Below are positions 10,480-21,599 of a stretch of DNA of 64,000 bases, one piece after another; position 1 is the stretch's first letter, and every line of letters starts with the position of its first letter. The stretch comes from an uncultured Gammaproteobacteria bacterium (GTDB lineage Bacteria > Pseudomonadota > Gammaproteobacteria > JACCXJ01). A model generated the notes under the pieces. That model made no database searches. It had not been told where the DNA came from and saw only the letters and a program-made list of their open reading frames with translations. The stretch lies in the NCBI GenBank assembly GCA_963764725.1, contig CAVXTM010000011.1:160001-224000 (forward strand), written 5' to 3'. The translations under genes were made by a program, and so were the position numbers.

Positions 10480-10883
10480 TTGTCCTTATCGATACAGACA
10501 TTCTCATTGACTTAGCGCTCGATCGCGAACCATACGCTGAGCCAGCTGGACGCTTGCTCGACGCCTTGCAGAACCGCCCAGGCACGGCGTTCATCGCCTG
10601 GCATACGGTGTCGAATTTCTACTACCTCGTGGTTCCTACGCAGGGGCGAGAAAGCTGTAAGGCGTTTTTATCCGATCTCGTTCGGTTCGTCGATGTCGCA
10701 CCAACCACCACCGATAGTTTGCGCTACGCTGCGAAGCTCGCAATGAAGGATTTCGAGGACGCTATGCAGGTCGCTGCCGGGATGGCGTGCCATGCTGACG
10801 TGATCGCTACGCGCAATGTGCGTGATTACGCCAAAGCCCCTTTGCGAGCGACCACCCCTAGAGCGGTATTGGATGAGATGTGA
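10476..10883 (+). CDS. vapC: PIN-domain toxin
   Basis: LIDTDILID, DFEDAMQ, IATRNVRDY. Confidence 0.88.
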   Translation: MIVLIDTDILIDLALDREPYAEPAGRLLDALQNRPGTAFIAWHTVSNFYYLVVPTQGRESCKAFLSDLVRFVDVAPTTTDSLRYAAKLAMKDFEDAMQVAAGMACHADVIATRNVRDYAKAPLRATTPRAVLDEM

Positions 10884-10967
10884 ACAGCTATCCTCCGCAT
10901 AAGACAATAACGATCGAAGGGCGTCTCAAAATTGTCGCGAGTGGAAAGTAGAGGGTCATAAAGTCGA

Positions 10968-11960
10968 GGGTCATTGCTTGACTTTGCACTCCGTGCGTTG
11001 CCATCATTACTGCCATGGCAAGGCAATTACGGTTGGAATTTCCAGGTGCGCTATACCATTTGACGGCGAGAGGGAATGCTCGAGAGGCGATTTATCGGGA
11101 TGAGGTGGATCGCAAACTATTCGTGGCACTGCTTGGGCAAGAGATCGAGCAGCAGGGATGGCAATGCTATGCCTATTGTCTGATGGACAATCACTACCAT
11201 CTCTTGATCGAGACGCCTGAGCTGAATCTCAGCCGCGGAATGCGTCGCCTCAATCAAGTCTATACCCAAGCCTATAACCGGCGGCATGGCCGGGTCGGTC
11301 ATGTGCTACAGGGACGGTTCAAGAGCATCGTGGTGGACAAAGACCCGTATCTCTTGGAGTTATCTCGCTATATCGTGCTCAATCCGGTTCGGGCGGGTAT
11401 GACCACCTCCGTGAGGGCATGGCGCTGGAGCAGCTATCGAGCTTATGGCGGGGTTTGTGTCGCCGCCCGCTTGGCTGCAGGTAACGGCGGTTCTACAGCT
11501 ATTCGATAGCAACGTGTCGGAAGCGCAACGGGCCTACCGCAAATTTGTCGCAGACGGAAAGGGTAAAGGTTCGCCGTGGGAGCAGTTGCGGGGGCAGATC
11601 TTTCTCGGGGATGACGCGTTCTTGGACCGTATGGATCGGCTTCTTCAAGGAAGACCGCTGGACAACGTGCCACGGTGTCAATCACACCCGGCACGCTTGG
11701 ATAAGGAAACGATTTTGGAGGGTGTTGGACGAGTCTACGAGTTATCTGTCGGTGACATCCTAGCGCGCCAGCATCCGGAGGCGTACCAGATTGCCGCCTG
11801 GCTGCTTCGGCGTAAAGCCAATCTGCCGCTTGGGGAGGTGGCCGCGCTCTTTGACGTATCGGCATCGCGGATTTCGCACATTCAACGTCTAATTGAAGGA
11901 AGGCAAGCTTCTGCACGGGAACTGGACGTTATAACCTTATGTAATACCAAGCAATGACCC
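10968..11960 (+). mobile_element. RAYT-like Y1 (HUH) transposase 11015-11957, frameshifted near 11443, bounded by 21-bp inverted repeats
   Basis: YHLTARGN, NHYHLL, FKSIVV, NPVRAG, WSSY, C-terminal HTH; IRs 10968-10988 and 11940-11960 (17/21). Confidence 0.88.
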
Positions 11961-12113
11961 CTTTTTCTTTTCTTCGTTCTCGTGAGGCCGTGCGTTCGAC
12001 GCACCGGCGCGGCCGTTTCACATCGACGCCTGGGTCGTGTTTCCGGATAACAGGCACTGTGTTTGGACTCTACCTCCCAGAGACGCTGACTTCTCTAATC
12101 GCTGGAAATCGAT

Positions 12114-12545
12114 TTAGTCGAATGGGATCACATCGAATCCAATGGCGTGTGCTGCCCCGATCATGATCCGGTCTGCTGTCACTAAACGTTCCACACCAAG
12201 ACGCCGGGCGATGCTCAGGTGTAGGGCATCCAACGTCCTTAGCGGATGGGCGGAGACGAGAGTCAACAAGGTAAGAGCTCCAAGGACACTTTCCTCGTCA
12301 ACCGGGTGCCTAATCAAGAACCCGTGACTTATATCATCCTGGAGAGTGGCATAAACCTGCTGCTCGATTTCGTCGGAAATTTCGTGGTTGCGTCTTCGCC
12401 TCGCAAGCAGGCAGCGCATTTCAACGACGGTGAGTGTGCTAATGTGGGTTTCCGGTTCAGCCTGCATCCATGCGGCGAACTCTTCGGAGCGCGCCTCGTT
12501 AAGATACCATTTCGCCAGCACGGAAGTGTTGACGTAAGCCGTCAC
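12114..12545 (-). CDS. vapC: PIN-domain toxin
   Basis: YVNTSVLAKWY, LRTLDALHL, LVTAD. Confidence 0.88.
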   Translation of the reverse strand: MTAYVNTSVLAKWYLNEARSEEFAAWMQAEPETHISTLTVVEMRCLLARRRRNHEISDEIEQQVYATLQDDISHGFLIRHPVDEESVLGALTLLTLVSAHPLRTLDALHLSIARRLGVERLVTADRIMIGAAHAIGFDVIPFD

Positions 12546-12772
12546 TAGCGCCCATCTCGGTCGTCGCGCACAAGGGTTTGGCTTGGCGTGGAAAGCCGCT
12601 GCATCTTTGCACGTAATTCGGCATGGCTTGGTCTGGTTTGTGACCCACGCATAGGCAATAAGCGGGCAATTGGAACGCCGCGCCGGGTCACAAGAATCTC
12701 CCCTTCCGTCTTGACCAGTTGGTCAAGACTGCCCAAATTTTCCCGCATCTCACGAATAGTTAATTCTCGCAT
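12545..12772 (-). CDS. Phd/YefM family antitoxin
   Basis: LTIREMR, GEILVTRRGVPIARL. Confidence 0.85.
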   Translation of the reverse strand: MRELTIREMRENLGSLDQLVKTEGEILVTRRGVPIARLLPMRGSQTRPSHAELRAKMQRLSTPSQTLVRDDRDGR

Positions 12773-12789
12773 CTAAATTTTCTCATTAA

Positions 12790-12818
12790 TGTGCCACAAA
12801 AATTAGCATTGTAGCACA
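12790..12818. promoter_or_regulatory. Probable TA autorepression operator
   Basis: TGTGCCACAA-N9-TTGTAGCACA inverted repeat just upstream of the antitoxin. Confidence 0.5.
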
Positions 12819-13234
12819 ACGCGCTTGCGAATTGTCAGCGGCGCCATGAATATGTATTGAAATCGCCGGGATAAGAATAGGCGGGAAAAGTGGCTGTAGG
12901 GCCAGAGATCGGCAACATAACCAGTACGGCTTGAGACGACCCAGCATTGTGTTGCACTTGATTTTCGACTCCAAAGCAGTGGGGATCGGCGAAGTACGCC
13001 GTCACCTCGGTGCTCTGAGTAAGCTCGCGATTACTGAATCTATCGATGCTCTTCGCGAAATGAGCGGTACGGCGGTCGCTGCTTACTGAAGCTAGAATGT
13101 GCTTGGCTTTACAGGCCGGTCCGCAGGCGTTACGCCGATTCCGACGGATCCCGCGTGAGCGCCTCGTTCAGGTCCTGCGAGCGCATCGTTGCCGGACTTG
13201 ACATCAGGTGCTATGCGTCATAGCATCACGCATC

Positions 13235-13474
13235 ATGCGCACGACCATCGATATTGACGATCCGATCCTGAAAGAGGTCAAGCGGCTCCAGCGGCGCGAA
13301 GGCAAGTCGCTTGGCCGGCTCGTGTCGGACCTGTTGGCACAGTCGCTTGCCGATCAGCGCAGGACGCCAAAGCGCGAGCCGCAGTTCCGCTGGATCGCCA
13401 AGCCCATGGGCGCGCGCGTGGACCTCGGCGACAAGGACGCGCTGCTCGATTCGATGGACGACGTGCCCCGATGA
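13235..13474 (+). CDS. vapB: VapB-like RHH antitoxin
   Basis: MRTTIDIDDPIL, coupled to a PIN toxin. Confidence 0.85.
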   Translation: MRTTIDIDDPILKEVKRLQRREGKSLGRLVSDLLAQSLADQRRTPKREPQFRWIAKPMGARVDLGDKDALLDSMDDVPR

Positions 13475-13905
13475 GCTTCGGGATCGATATTAACATCTTG
13501 CTCTACGCATCGGATAAAAGCAGTCCGCTGCATGACAAGGCGGCTGAGTTCCTGCACCAATGCGCAGGCGGCCGCGAGGTTTTCTGTCTGGCTTGGTTGA
13601 CCCTGATGAGCTATATGCGGATGGCCACCCATCCGGCGATCTTCGATCGACCGCTGGCCCATGAAGACGCAGCCCGCAATGTCGAGGCACTGTTGGCTAC
13701 CCCATCTTGCCGTGTGATCGCAGAGGAAGAGGGGTTCTGGGACGTCTACCGCGAGGTGACGAAAGACGTACCCACGAAGGGCAACTTGGTGCCGGACGCC
13801 CATTTGGCTGCGCTACTGAGCCAGCATGGCGTGGTGAAGCTCTACACCCATGACAGGGATTTCAGGAAATTCTCGTTTCTGGATGTACGTGATCCGCTGG
13901 TTTGA
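13471..13905 (+). CDS. vapC: VapC PIN toxin
   Basis: IDINILLYA, GNLVPDAHLAAL, THDRDFRKF. Confidence 0.9.
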   Translation: MSFGIDINILLYASDKSSPLHDKAAEFLHQCAGGREVFCLAWLTLMSYMRMATHPAIFDRPLAHEDAARNVEALLATPSCRVIAEEEGFWDVYREVTKDVPTKGNLVPDAHLAALLSQHGVVKLYTHDRDFRKFSFLDVRDPLV

Positions 13906-14004
13906 GGGGATCCTTTAGGGCCAGACTCCACTTATTATATGGCGCCCGCCAGCTGGACGGCGTCCCCATGTGCGAAGGATGGCATGTTGAGATTTCAGGC
14001 GGTA

Positions 14005-14031
14005 GGATATACAATTAATTAATGTATATCC
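14005..14031. promoter_or_regulatory. Probable TA operator
   Basis: GGATATACA-N9-TGTATATCC perfect inverted repeat upstream of the AbrB antitoxin. Confidence 0.6.
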
Positions 14032-14050
14032 GCTGACGTGGAGTAAGGAG

Positions 14051-14284
14051 ATGCAAGTTTCCAAGTGGGGTAATAGCCTAGCGGTGCGTTTGCCTGCCTC
14101 TGTTGTCGAAGTGCTTGGACTCAGAGAAGGCGATGATATTGAAATCCACGTCGTGGGGACACGTGTTCTCGAGATCATAAAAACGCCCGATGCCCGCTCA
14201 GTGCTCGCGCGCCTGAGGAAATATCGAGGGCGGCTCCCCGCCGACTTCAAGTTTGACCGGCTTGAGGCCCATGAACGGCGCTAA
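14051..14284 (+). CDS. AbrB/MazE family antitoxin
   Basis: VSKWGNSLAVRLP, LGLREGD. Confidence 0.9.
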   Translation: MQVSKWGNSLAVRLPASVVEVLGLREGDDIEIHVVGTRVLEIIKTPDARSVLARLRKYRGRLPADFKFDRLEAHERR

Positions 14285-14678
14285 GGTGTTCCTCGATACC
14301 AACGTCCTGCTGTATCTATTGTCCGGAGACGAGGCCAAGGCCGAGAGGGCGGAGGAGACGATTGCCGGGGGAGGCGTCATCAGTGTGCAAGTGCTCAATG
14401 AATTTGCCAGTGTGGCGAGGCGCAAGCTCGGGATGTCATGGGTTGAGATCCGGGATATATCGGCTCACATACGCACGGTGTGCACGGTCGGGCCGATGAC
14501 CTTAGAAGTGCATGACCGTGGTCTGCGTCTGGCGGAAGACCACGGATTCTCCGTCCACGATGCCATGATCGTTTCCGCAGCGCTGCTAACCGGATGCGCA
14601 ACACTCTATTCCGACGATATGCAGGACGGCCAGGTCATCGATGGTCGGCTGACTATTCGTAACCCCTTTTGGGGATAA
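14271..14678 (+). CDS. vapC: PIN-domain toxin
   Basis: FLDTNVLLY, ISVQVLNEF, LYSDDMQDG, IRNPF. Confidence 0.9.
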   Translation: MNGAKVFLDTNVLLYLLSGDEAKAERAEETIAGGGVISVQVLNEFASVARRKLGMSWVEIRDISAHIRTVCTVGPMTLEVHDRGLRLAEDHGFSVHDAMIVSAALLTGCATLYSDDMQDGQVIDGRLTIRNPFWG

Positions 14679-14802
14679 GTAGGTCAGACTCCACTTATTG
14701 CTATCGGTGTGTTAGACGTGTCGTTGACTCGATGAGTTTATGAGGTAAGGACGGGGTTCCGCCGCGATGTATCCGCGGCACCTTCCTTTGGTGTTTCATG
14801 AA

Positions 14803-17447
14803 ATGACCGTGATCCCCGTCATAGTTGAGCAGCATGCTGAAGAAGCTGCGTTTCTCTGGATGCTCCGGGATGCCGCGGTGCGCGCACCGCATTACCGCTT
14901 GAAGGACCTCGCCAAGCTGGATAACCGCGTGGAGGCGCATATCGACGGCTTGCGCATCGCCGGGGAAGAAGGGTGGCGGCTCTGCAAGGAGGGTTTACAG
15001 AGCGGCGAGGCCGGCGAGGTATTCGCCGCGGCGGTGCTGGCTTTTGAAGAGCAAAATGGTGAACGCATCGATAAGCTGGTTACGGTAGCCAGACAATCCG
15101 ACAAGGCCTTCCGAGGACTGGTTTCTGCGCTTGGTTGGATTCCGCATGCTGATCTGCAGGAGGTGCTGCCGCAATTACTTAGCGCGAATGCCCTGATCTA
15201 TCGTCGTCTTGGCATCTCCGCCTGCGCGATCCAGCGAAAAGATCCCGGTGATGCGTTAATTTCCGCGCTGAAAGATCCGGATTCAAAATTAAGGCTCATC
15301 GTGAAAGTGAGTGGGTAGAAAATGGTGTTTTCACAGTACCGGCAGCATGCAGGTAAGCACCTTGAGGCGCAGGTAATCCTCGTCGCGGAGTCCGTAGGCG
15401 CGGCGCTGGATGACGCGGATCTTGTTGTTGAGTCCTTCGACGAATCCGAGAGAGATCTTGTTCTCTGGTTTGCAATAAGCAGCGATCCCATCCCAATGGC
15501 GCTCGATCATCTCGGCGAATTTCTCGTACGGTTTCAGACGCTGCCATTTAAGCGCGTTACGCCAGTTCTCGAAGAAACGTCGCGCCCACGCTTCACGCTC
15601 GTAGCTCCACAATTGGCCGAAAGATTCCTTGAGCAGATAAGCAGTGTTCAGCCGCTTGTTGGCGGCGAGGAGCCTCTTCAAGGCAGCTCGACCATCGAGG
15701 GTCAGATTCTCCCGCCGGGAGAGCAGGGTATATTTTTGGCCCTTGATGTAGGTACGTTTCTCGCCGCTGAGTCGGGCGTACTCCCCCTTGCGGACCTTAT
15801 CGAGCGCTTCGCCCAGATGACGCGTCACGTGAAATTTGTCGAACAGGATAGCCGCCTGGGGCGCTTGTTCTCTGGTGCTGTTGCGAAACGGCTTCCACAT
15901 ATCCATCACAGCCAAGCGCACCCCCTTGGTTTTACGCGGCCCCAGCCATTTGAAGAATTCGTCCATGCTGGCCTGAGAGCGGTCAGTCCCGCCAAACCAG
16001 ATCGGTCGGCCACGGAGGAGATCGCTGACCACGATGCGATAGGTGTGACCTTTGCGGATGGCGATCTCATCGATGCCGATAACCGCAGGTCCTGGCCGGC
16101 CAGCCCGTGCAAGCTGCGCACCCATGTATTGCTTGTCCAACTCCTTGACCGTCTGCCAGTCGAGATCCAACTCATCGGCCACCGCCTTGATGGTGCTCGT
16201 GCGCCAGCGCCGCCCGACGTAGAAAGCAAAGCGCTTGGTGTAGAAAGGGTTGTCGGCCAGAAAGTCCAGACGCTCGCGCTTCACCTTGCCGCACTGCCGG
16301 CAATCCACACGCCGGACCTCCAACTCCAGCCGCACGTGCGTATCCCCGCAGGAGAGATCTCGAACCTGCCGCAGCTTCTTGTCGTACCAACCGCGATGCA
16401 ACGTACCGCAGACTCCACAGCGTGTTTTTTTGAGCGTCGTACGAGCGTGACGATGCGCACCTTCGGTTCCCCGAAAACCCCGCGTACCGTTGCTTGTGGA
16501 CGAAAGCCGTCAAAGGCGTATGTGTCGGTGAGACGACGAGAGCGTTTGCGTTGGGTAGCCATCGCCACAGCATGCCAGAAATTACCGTCCCTTCAACCGG
16601 GCGTAATCCCTTGCGGAGCAAGCCTTGCAGCGTGATCATGGAAACAAAATTACCCACACGTTTTCACGAAGACCCAAAATTAAAGGCGAGAGCGCTGCGT
16701 GCGGCTGGGGAGTTGGGGCGGCGTGATCTGGCCCGCGAGGTTCAAGAAAATATCAAGGCGGAAGACGAAGACATCCGCTTCTGGGCGGCATGGTCTTGCG
16801 TGTTAATCGGAGTACGATCGGCAGTCTCTGTGCTAACCGACTTCGCAAAACGTGACACACCGTTTCGCGAGCGCGCCATGCAGATCGCACTGAGAGTGAT
16901 GGATAACCAGAGTGTGCAAGCATTTTTGAAAGGCATCGCTGGAAACTCTGCGCTACATCGTTACGTCCTGATGGGGGCTGGCATTGCCGGCGATCCGTTT
17001 TATGTGCCGTCGCTGATTAAGAAAATGGGCGTACCGGAACTAGCGAGAACCGCGGGTGAAGCTTTTAGCACGATCACAGGCCTGGACTTGGCCTATGACG
17101 ATCTGGAGGGCGAACGACCGGAGGGCTTCGCGGCAGGTCCGAGCGAAAACCCCGAGGACGAGGAGGTCGCAATGGATGCGGATGAGGATCTTCCCTGGCC
17201 CGACCAGAAACTAGTGCAGGTATGGTGGGAGAAGAACAAGGACCGCTTTAAACCTGGCGCGCGCTACCTCTGCGGATACCCGATTAGCATCGAGCAATGT
17301 CGACACGTCTTGAAGACAGGATACCAGCGTCAGCGCTTAGCGGCCGCTTTGGAACTTACAGTAAGGCAACCGGAGCAACCGTTATACAATACATCCGCAC
17401 CGGGGTTTCGTCAGCAAAAGAACTTGAACAGTGGAATGATCCGGTAG
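14803..17447 (+). pseudogene. TIGR02270 family HEAT-repeat protein split by ISL3
   Basis: QHAEEAAFLW, RVEAHIDGL, DEDLPWPD; halves rejoin in frame (DSKL/KARAL) after removing the IS and one TSD. Confidence 0.85.
15293..16675 (-). mobile_element. ISL3-family IS; transposase in ORFs 16281-16568 and 15331-16401
   Basis: Ends GGCTCATCGTGAAA / TTTCACGAAGACCC; 8-bp TSD AAAATTAA; GIDE, MDMW, FDKFH, EGLNNKI. Confidence 0.95.
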
Positions 17448-18518
17448 TATGCACGACCTGCCGCGCGGAGAAAGCATGGGTGGCACAGGATGTCTAGAGC
17501 TATTCTCGCAGTTGTAGCTGGTGTTGTGATTGGTGGGTTTTGCGTGGAGCGAACCCTCGCGCAAGGCCAGCTTGTCTTGTTTACCGTGGAAGAAGCCAAG
17601 CGCCTGCGTCACACCGACCGAGAATGGAACGCCTCTGCGGAAATCCTGGAGTTTAGTCCCTTATCCATGAAATCTTGTGCAAAAAAGCAAAGAGTGTCAT
17701 GCATGAGCGGTATTGAGAGCAGGCATGACTACATACTCCCGGATAGCGAGTGCGGTGCTGAGCACACGACGACCGAATGTCGTGAGGTAGTACTTGTAGC
17801 GATGTCCAATCTTTTTGATGAGGCCATGGGTGCGCAAGCGTTTCAACCAGTAGGAGGCACGGCCGGTGGAGAGATCCCGGAGATGGGCTCGGAGATCGGA
17901 GGCGCGAAAGCCGCTGATGTTCCACTCCCCGCGGGCGAGGGTAATAAAAAGGCTATGATCTTCACCGAGGAAGAGATTGAAGCCCCGATAGGAGCGGTCT
18001 TTCTCTCGTACAGGTTTGGCCATTTTGTCGATGGCGTGCAGAGCTGCATTGGGGTTATCGATGCTGGCCATGAAGCTGAGATAGCGTTCATTGGCAGCAT
18101 GCATCAGCTCTCGCAGATCGGGGAGGCTATAGATGTTTTTTCGCAGGGGTGCGAGTTTGAATTGCTTGCGCCCATTGCGTTGTTCCACCCAACGGTGGTG
18201 TTTGAAGAAGGAGACATCGTTGGCGGTGCATTCCACCCGAGCCATGAGACTGAATTTATCGTAGAGCTTGAGGCTTGCTGGTCCCATATGATGGCGGATG
18301 CGTGTACCCTGAATGCGGGTGTGAAAATCGTTACCGGCCTCCCCGCTGAAGGCCGAGGTGAGTTTGCGTCCCAAGAAGGTGGCGACGTGTTCTGCCTTGA
18401 GGGCATGCACGGCGGTACGCACGATGGCTTGATAGAGGGGTTGGAAATCGGCTTGGCGGTGGAAGATGACATCGGTCGAGAAAGCCAGGGCCAGGGAGTG
18501 GCCCTGCTTGGCGCGCCG

Positions 18519-19676
<1,158 letters not shown>

Positions 19677-21077
19677 GATGCAACTCCACCTGCATGAAGC
19701 TCCAGTGATAACCAGCGCGAAACTGACCCAAGATAGGACAGAAGCTTTTCGCCCATCGGTCCAAACGCCGATGCAAGCCTTTGGGATCGAGGCTATCGGC
19801 AAGCGCCTGAGCCTGTTGGGGATCGCCGATGGACAAGAAGGCATTATCGGCGCGCTCAAAGGCGATCCCTGTCTTGGTCAGTCGTTGGGCTAACCAGTGA
19901 TGGCCGTTCAAATAGACCTGCAGGCGAAACGGTGCCCAGGTGGGTACTCGGACATAACAGAGCCCGAAGATCTCATCGATGAAATAGAAGTAATAATGCA
20001 AACACTTGCCCGGGGTAGACTTCAAACGGGTCGTATGCTGAAGCTTGTCATGCCAGGGGCGATACGAAGGACAGGCCTCCATCGCCGAGAAGATATGCAC
20101 CAGCCCCGGGTGCTCACCGCGCAAAGCCAAAATCGCTTTGATCCGTTCTTCTTTACGAAACGCCTTGTAATGGCGGATGAATTCAATTTCCAACGAAGCC
20201 TCAGCGGCCAGCCGCTCGGCATGGGTCCGAAGCGCCTCGCGCAGCGGTTCCGCCCAGCGGGGGTAGTCAAACAGACGCATACCCCGGACACCCAAATATC
20301 GGGCCATGGCCTCGGCATGGGCGATCTCCGGAAGCGTGCCAGTGATCACGATGCGGTCAAAGCAACAAAGCACCGCGGCGATCTTCTCTTGATGGTGTTC
20401 GACAAAGGAGTTCATGGCGACGACCCATCTCAGTTCTTATTGCCCATCCGCCAGAATAGTACATTCAACACCTTGGTTCCGGCTTATGCCGGGTTAGGGG
20501 ATTAGCACACGGTCCCCGAATCTCCGTTAAGGCTCCGCGGGTTGAGAGCACAGCCGCTGGTGGCGTGATTCAAATGCGAACCCCAGGAGATCTTTGGGTG
20601 GAGTTCGAACAGGTTGGTGCGCCGGTGAACATGCATACTCTCGCGGTGCAGGCGCGTCGGGGGATGTTTTCAAAATCTCTCACCGATGTGTTCGAACCTT
20701 ATATTCAGGGCACGCGTTTGCGTGCGGAAAACGTGGAGCTACCAAGCGGTGCTTTCTCATCGAGATCAGCATCGCCGATGTCAATGGCACAGTGACTGTC
20801 GAGACCTATCGGTTGCAGGTCGATCCGAGCTGAACAGCATGCGAAAGCACCGTGCCCTGGCCAAGAGCCCAAGGTATGTTTTGCGGTTTTCTCTCGTCGA
20901 ACCGAAAGCTAGACTATAGCGAGACTTCGGCGAGCAAGTCTGTGTCTTGGTTACGCACCAATTCTAGCAGCTTGTCCTTGATGGGGTCAGATAAAGTTGC
21001 TATGCCTGTTAAATCGACCACCTCTTCGAAGGCCGGTGTACCGGAGAGTGCGGTGCTCTGAAGCTCTATAAACCCTG

Positions 21078-21546
21078 GGGCGTTTACCTCGGGGCCTGGG
21101 CTTCGAACGTGGATACGGCGACCTCGGACGGTGAGATCGAGATCGACTGGACCGGTGGCATCCGTGGTCAGCTCACGGACACTGGGATCGGTTGGGACAT
21201 CGGGGCCATCTACTACCACTTTCCCGGAGATGATCTCGATCCCGAGAAGGACTATGTAGAGGCCAAGTTCGGGCTGAACTACAAATTTCAAGGGATTCCG
21301 TTGGAGCCGGCGGCCTCAGTGACGGTTTACTACTCGCCCGATTTCTACGCCGAAACCGGCGATGCGGTTTACATCGACACCAGCTTGGGGCTTACCTTAC
21401 CCTTTGGAATCGGTCTGGGCTTCCATGTCGGCTATCAGGACGTCGATGAGGTTGACATCGCCGACCTCGATCTCGATGGCGATGCTAACGAGAGCTATGT
21501 CGATTGGCGCATCGGGCTCTCGAAAGAGATCTTGGGGATATCCTGA
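21078..21546 (+). pseudogene. TorF/TIGR02001-like porin fragment, both ends missing
   Basis: GVYLGAWASNVD, EIDWTGG, WDIGAIYYHFPG, YYSPDF, YVDWRIGLSK. Confidence 0.75.
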
Positions 21547-21599
21547 GCAACGATCCCCAGTTGTGTGCCCGCCGCTGCACCTTACCGCTTTGCGACATC

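Larger units (their letters stand above)
13918..14699 (+). repeat. Direct repeats GG(C/T)CAGACTCCACTTATT flanking the AbrB-VapC module
   Basis: 15 identical bp at 13922-13936 and 14685-14699. Confidence 0.85.

Noticed and set aside
9900-14720. Integron attC sites between TA modules
   Set aside because: Isolated GTTRRRY-like words only, no paired R/L boxes, no intI, mixed gene orientation
15322-16635. 437-aa plus-strand ORF
   Set aside because: Antisense shadow of the ISL3 transposase
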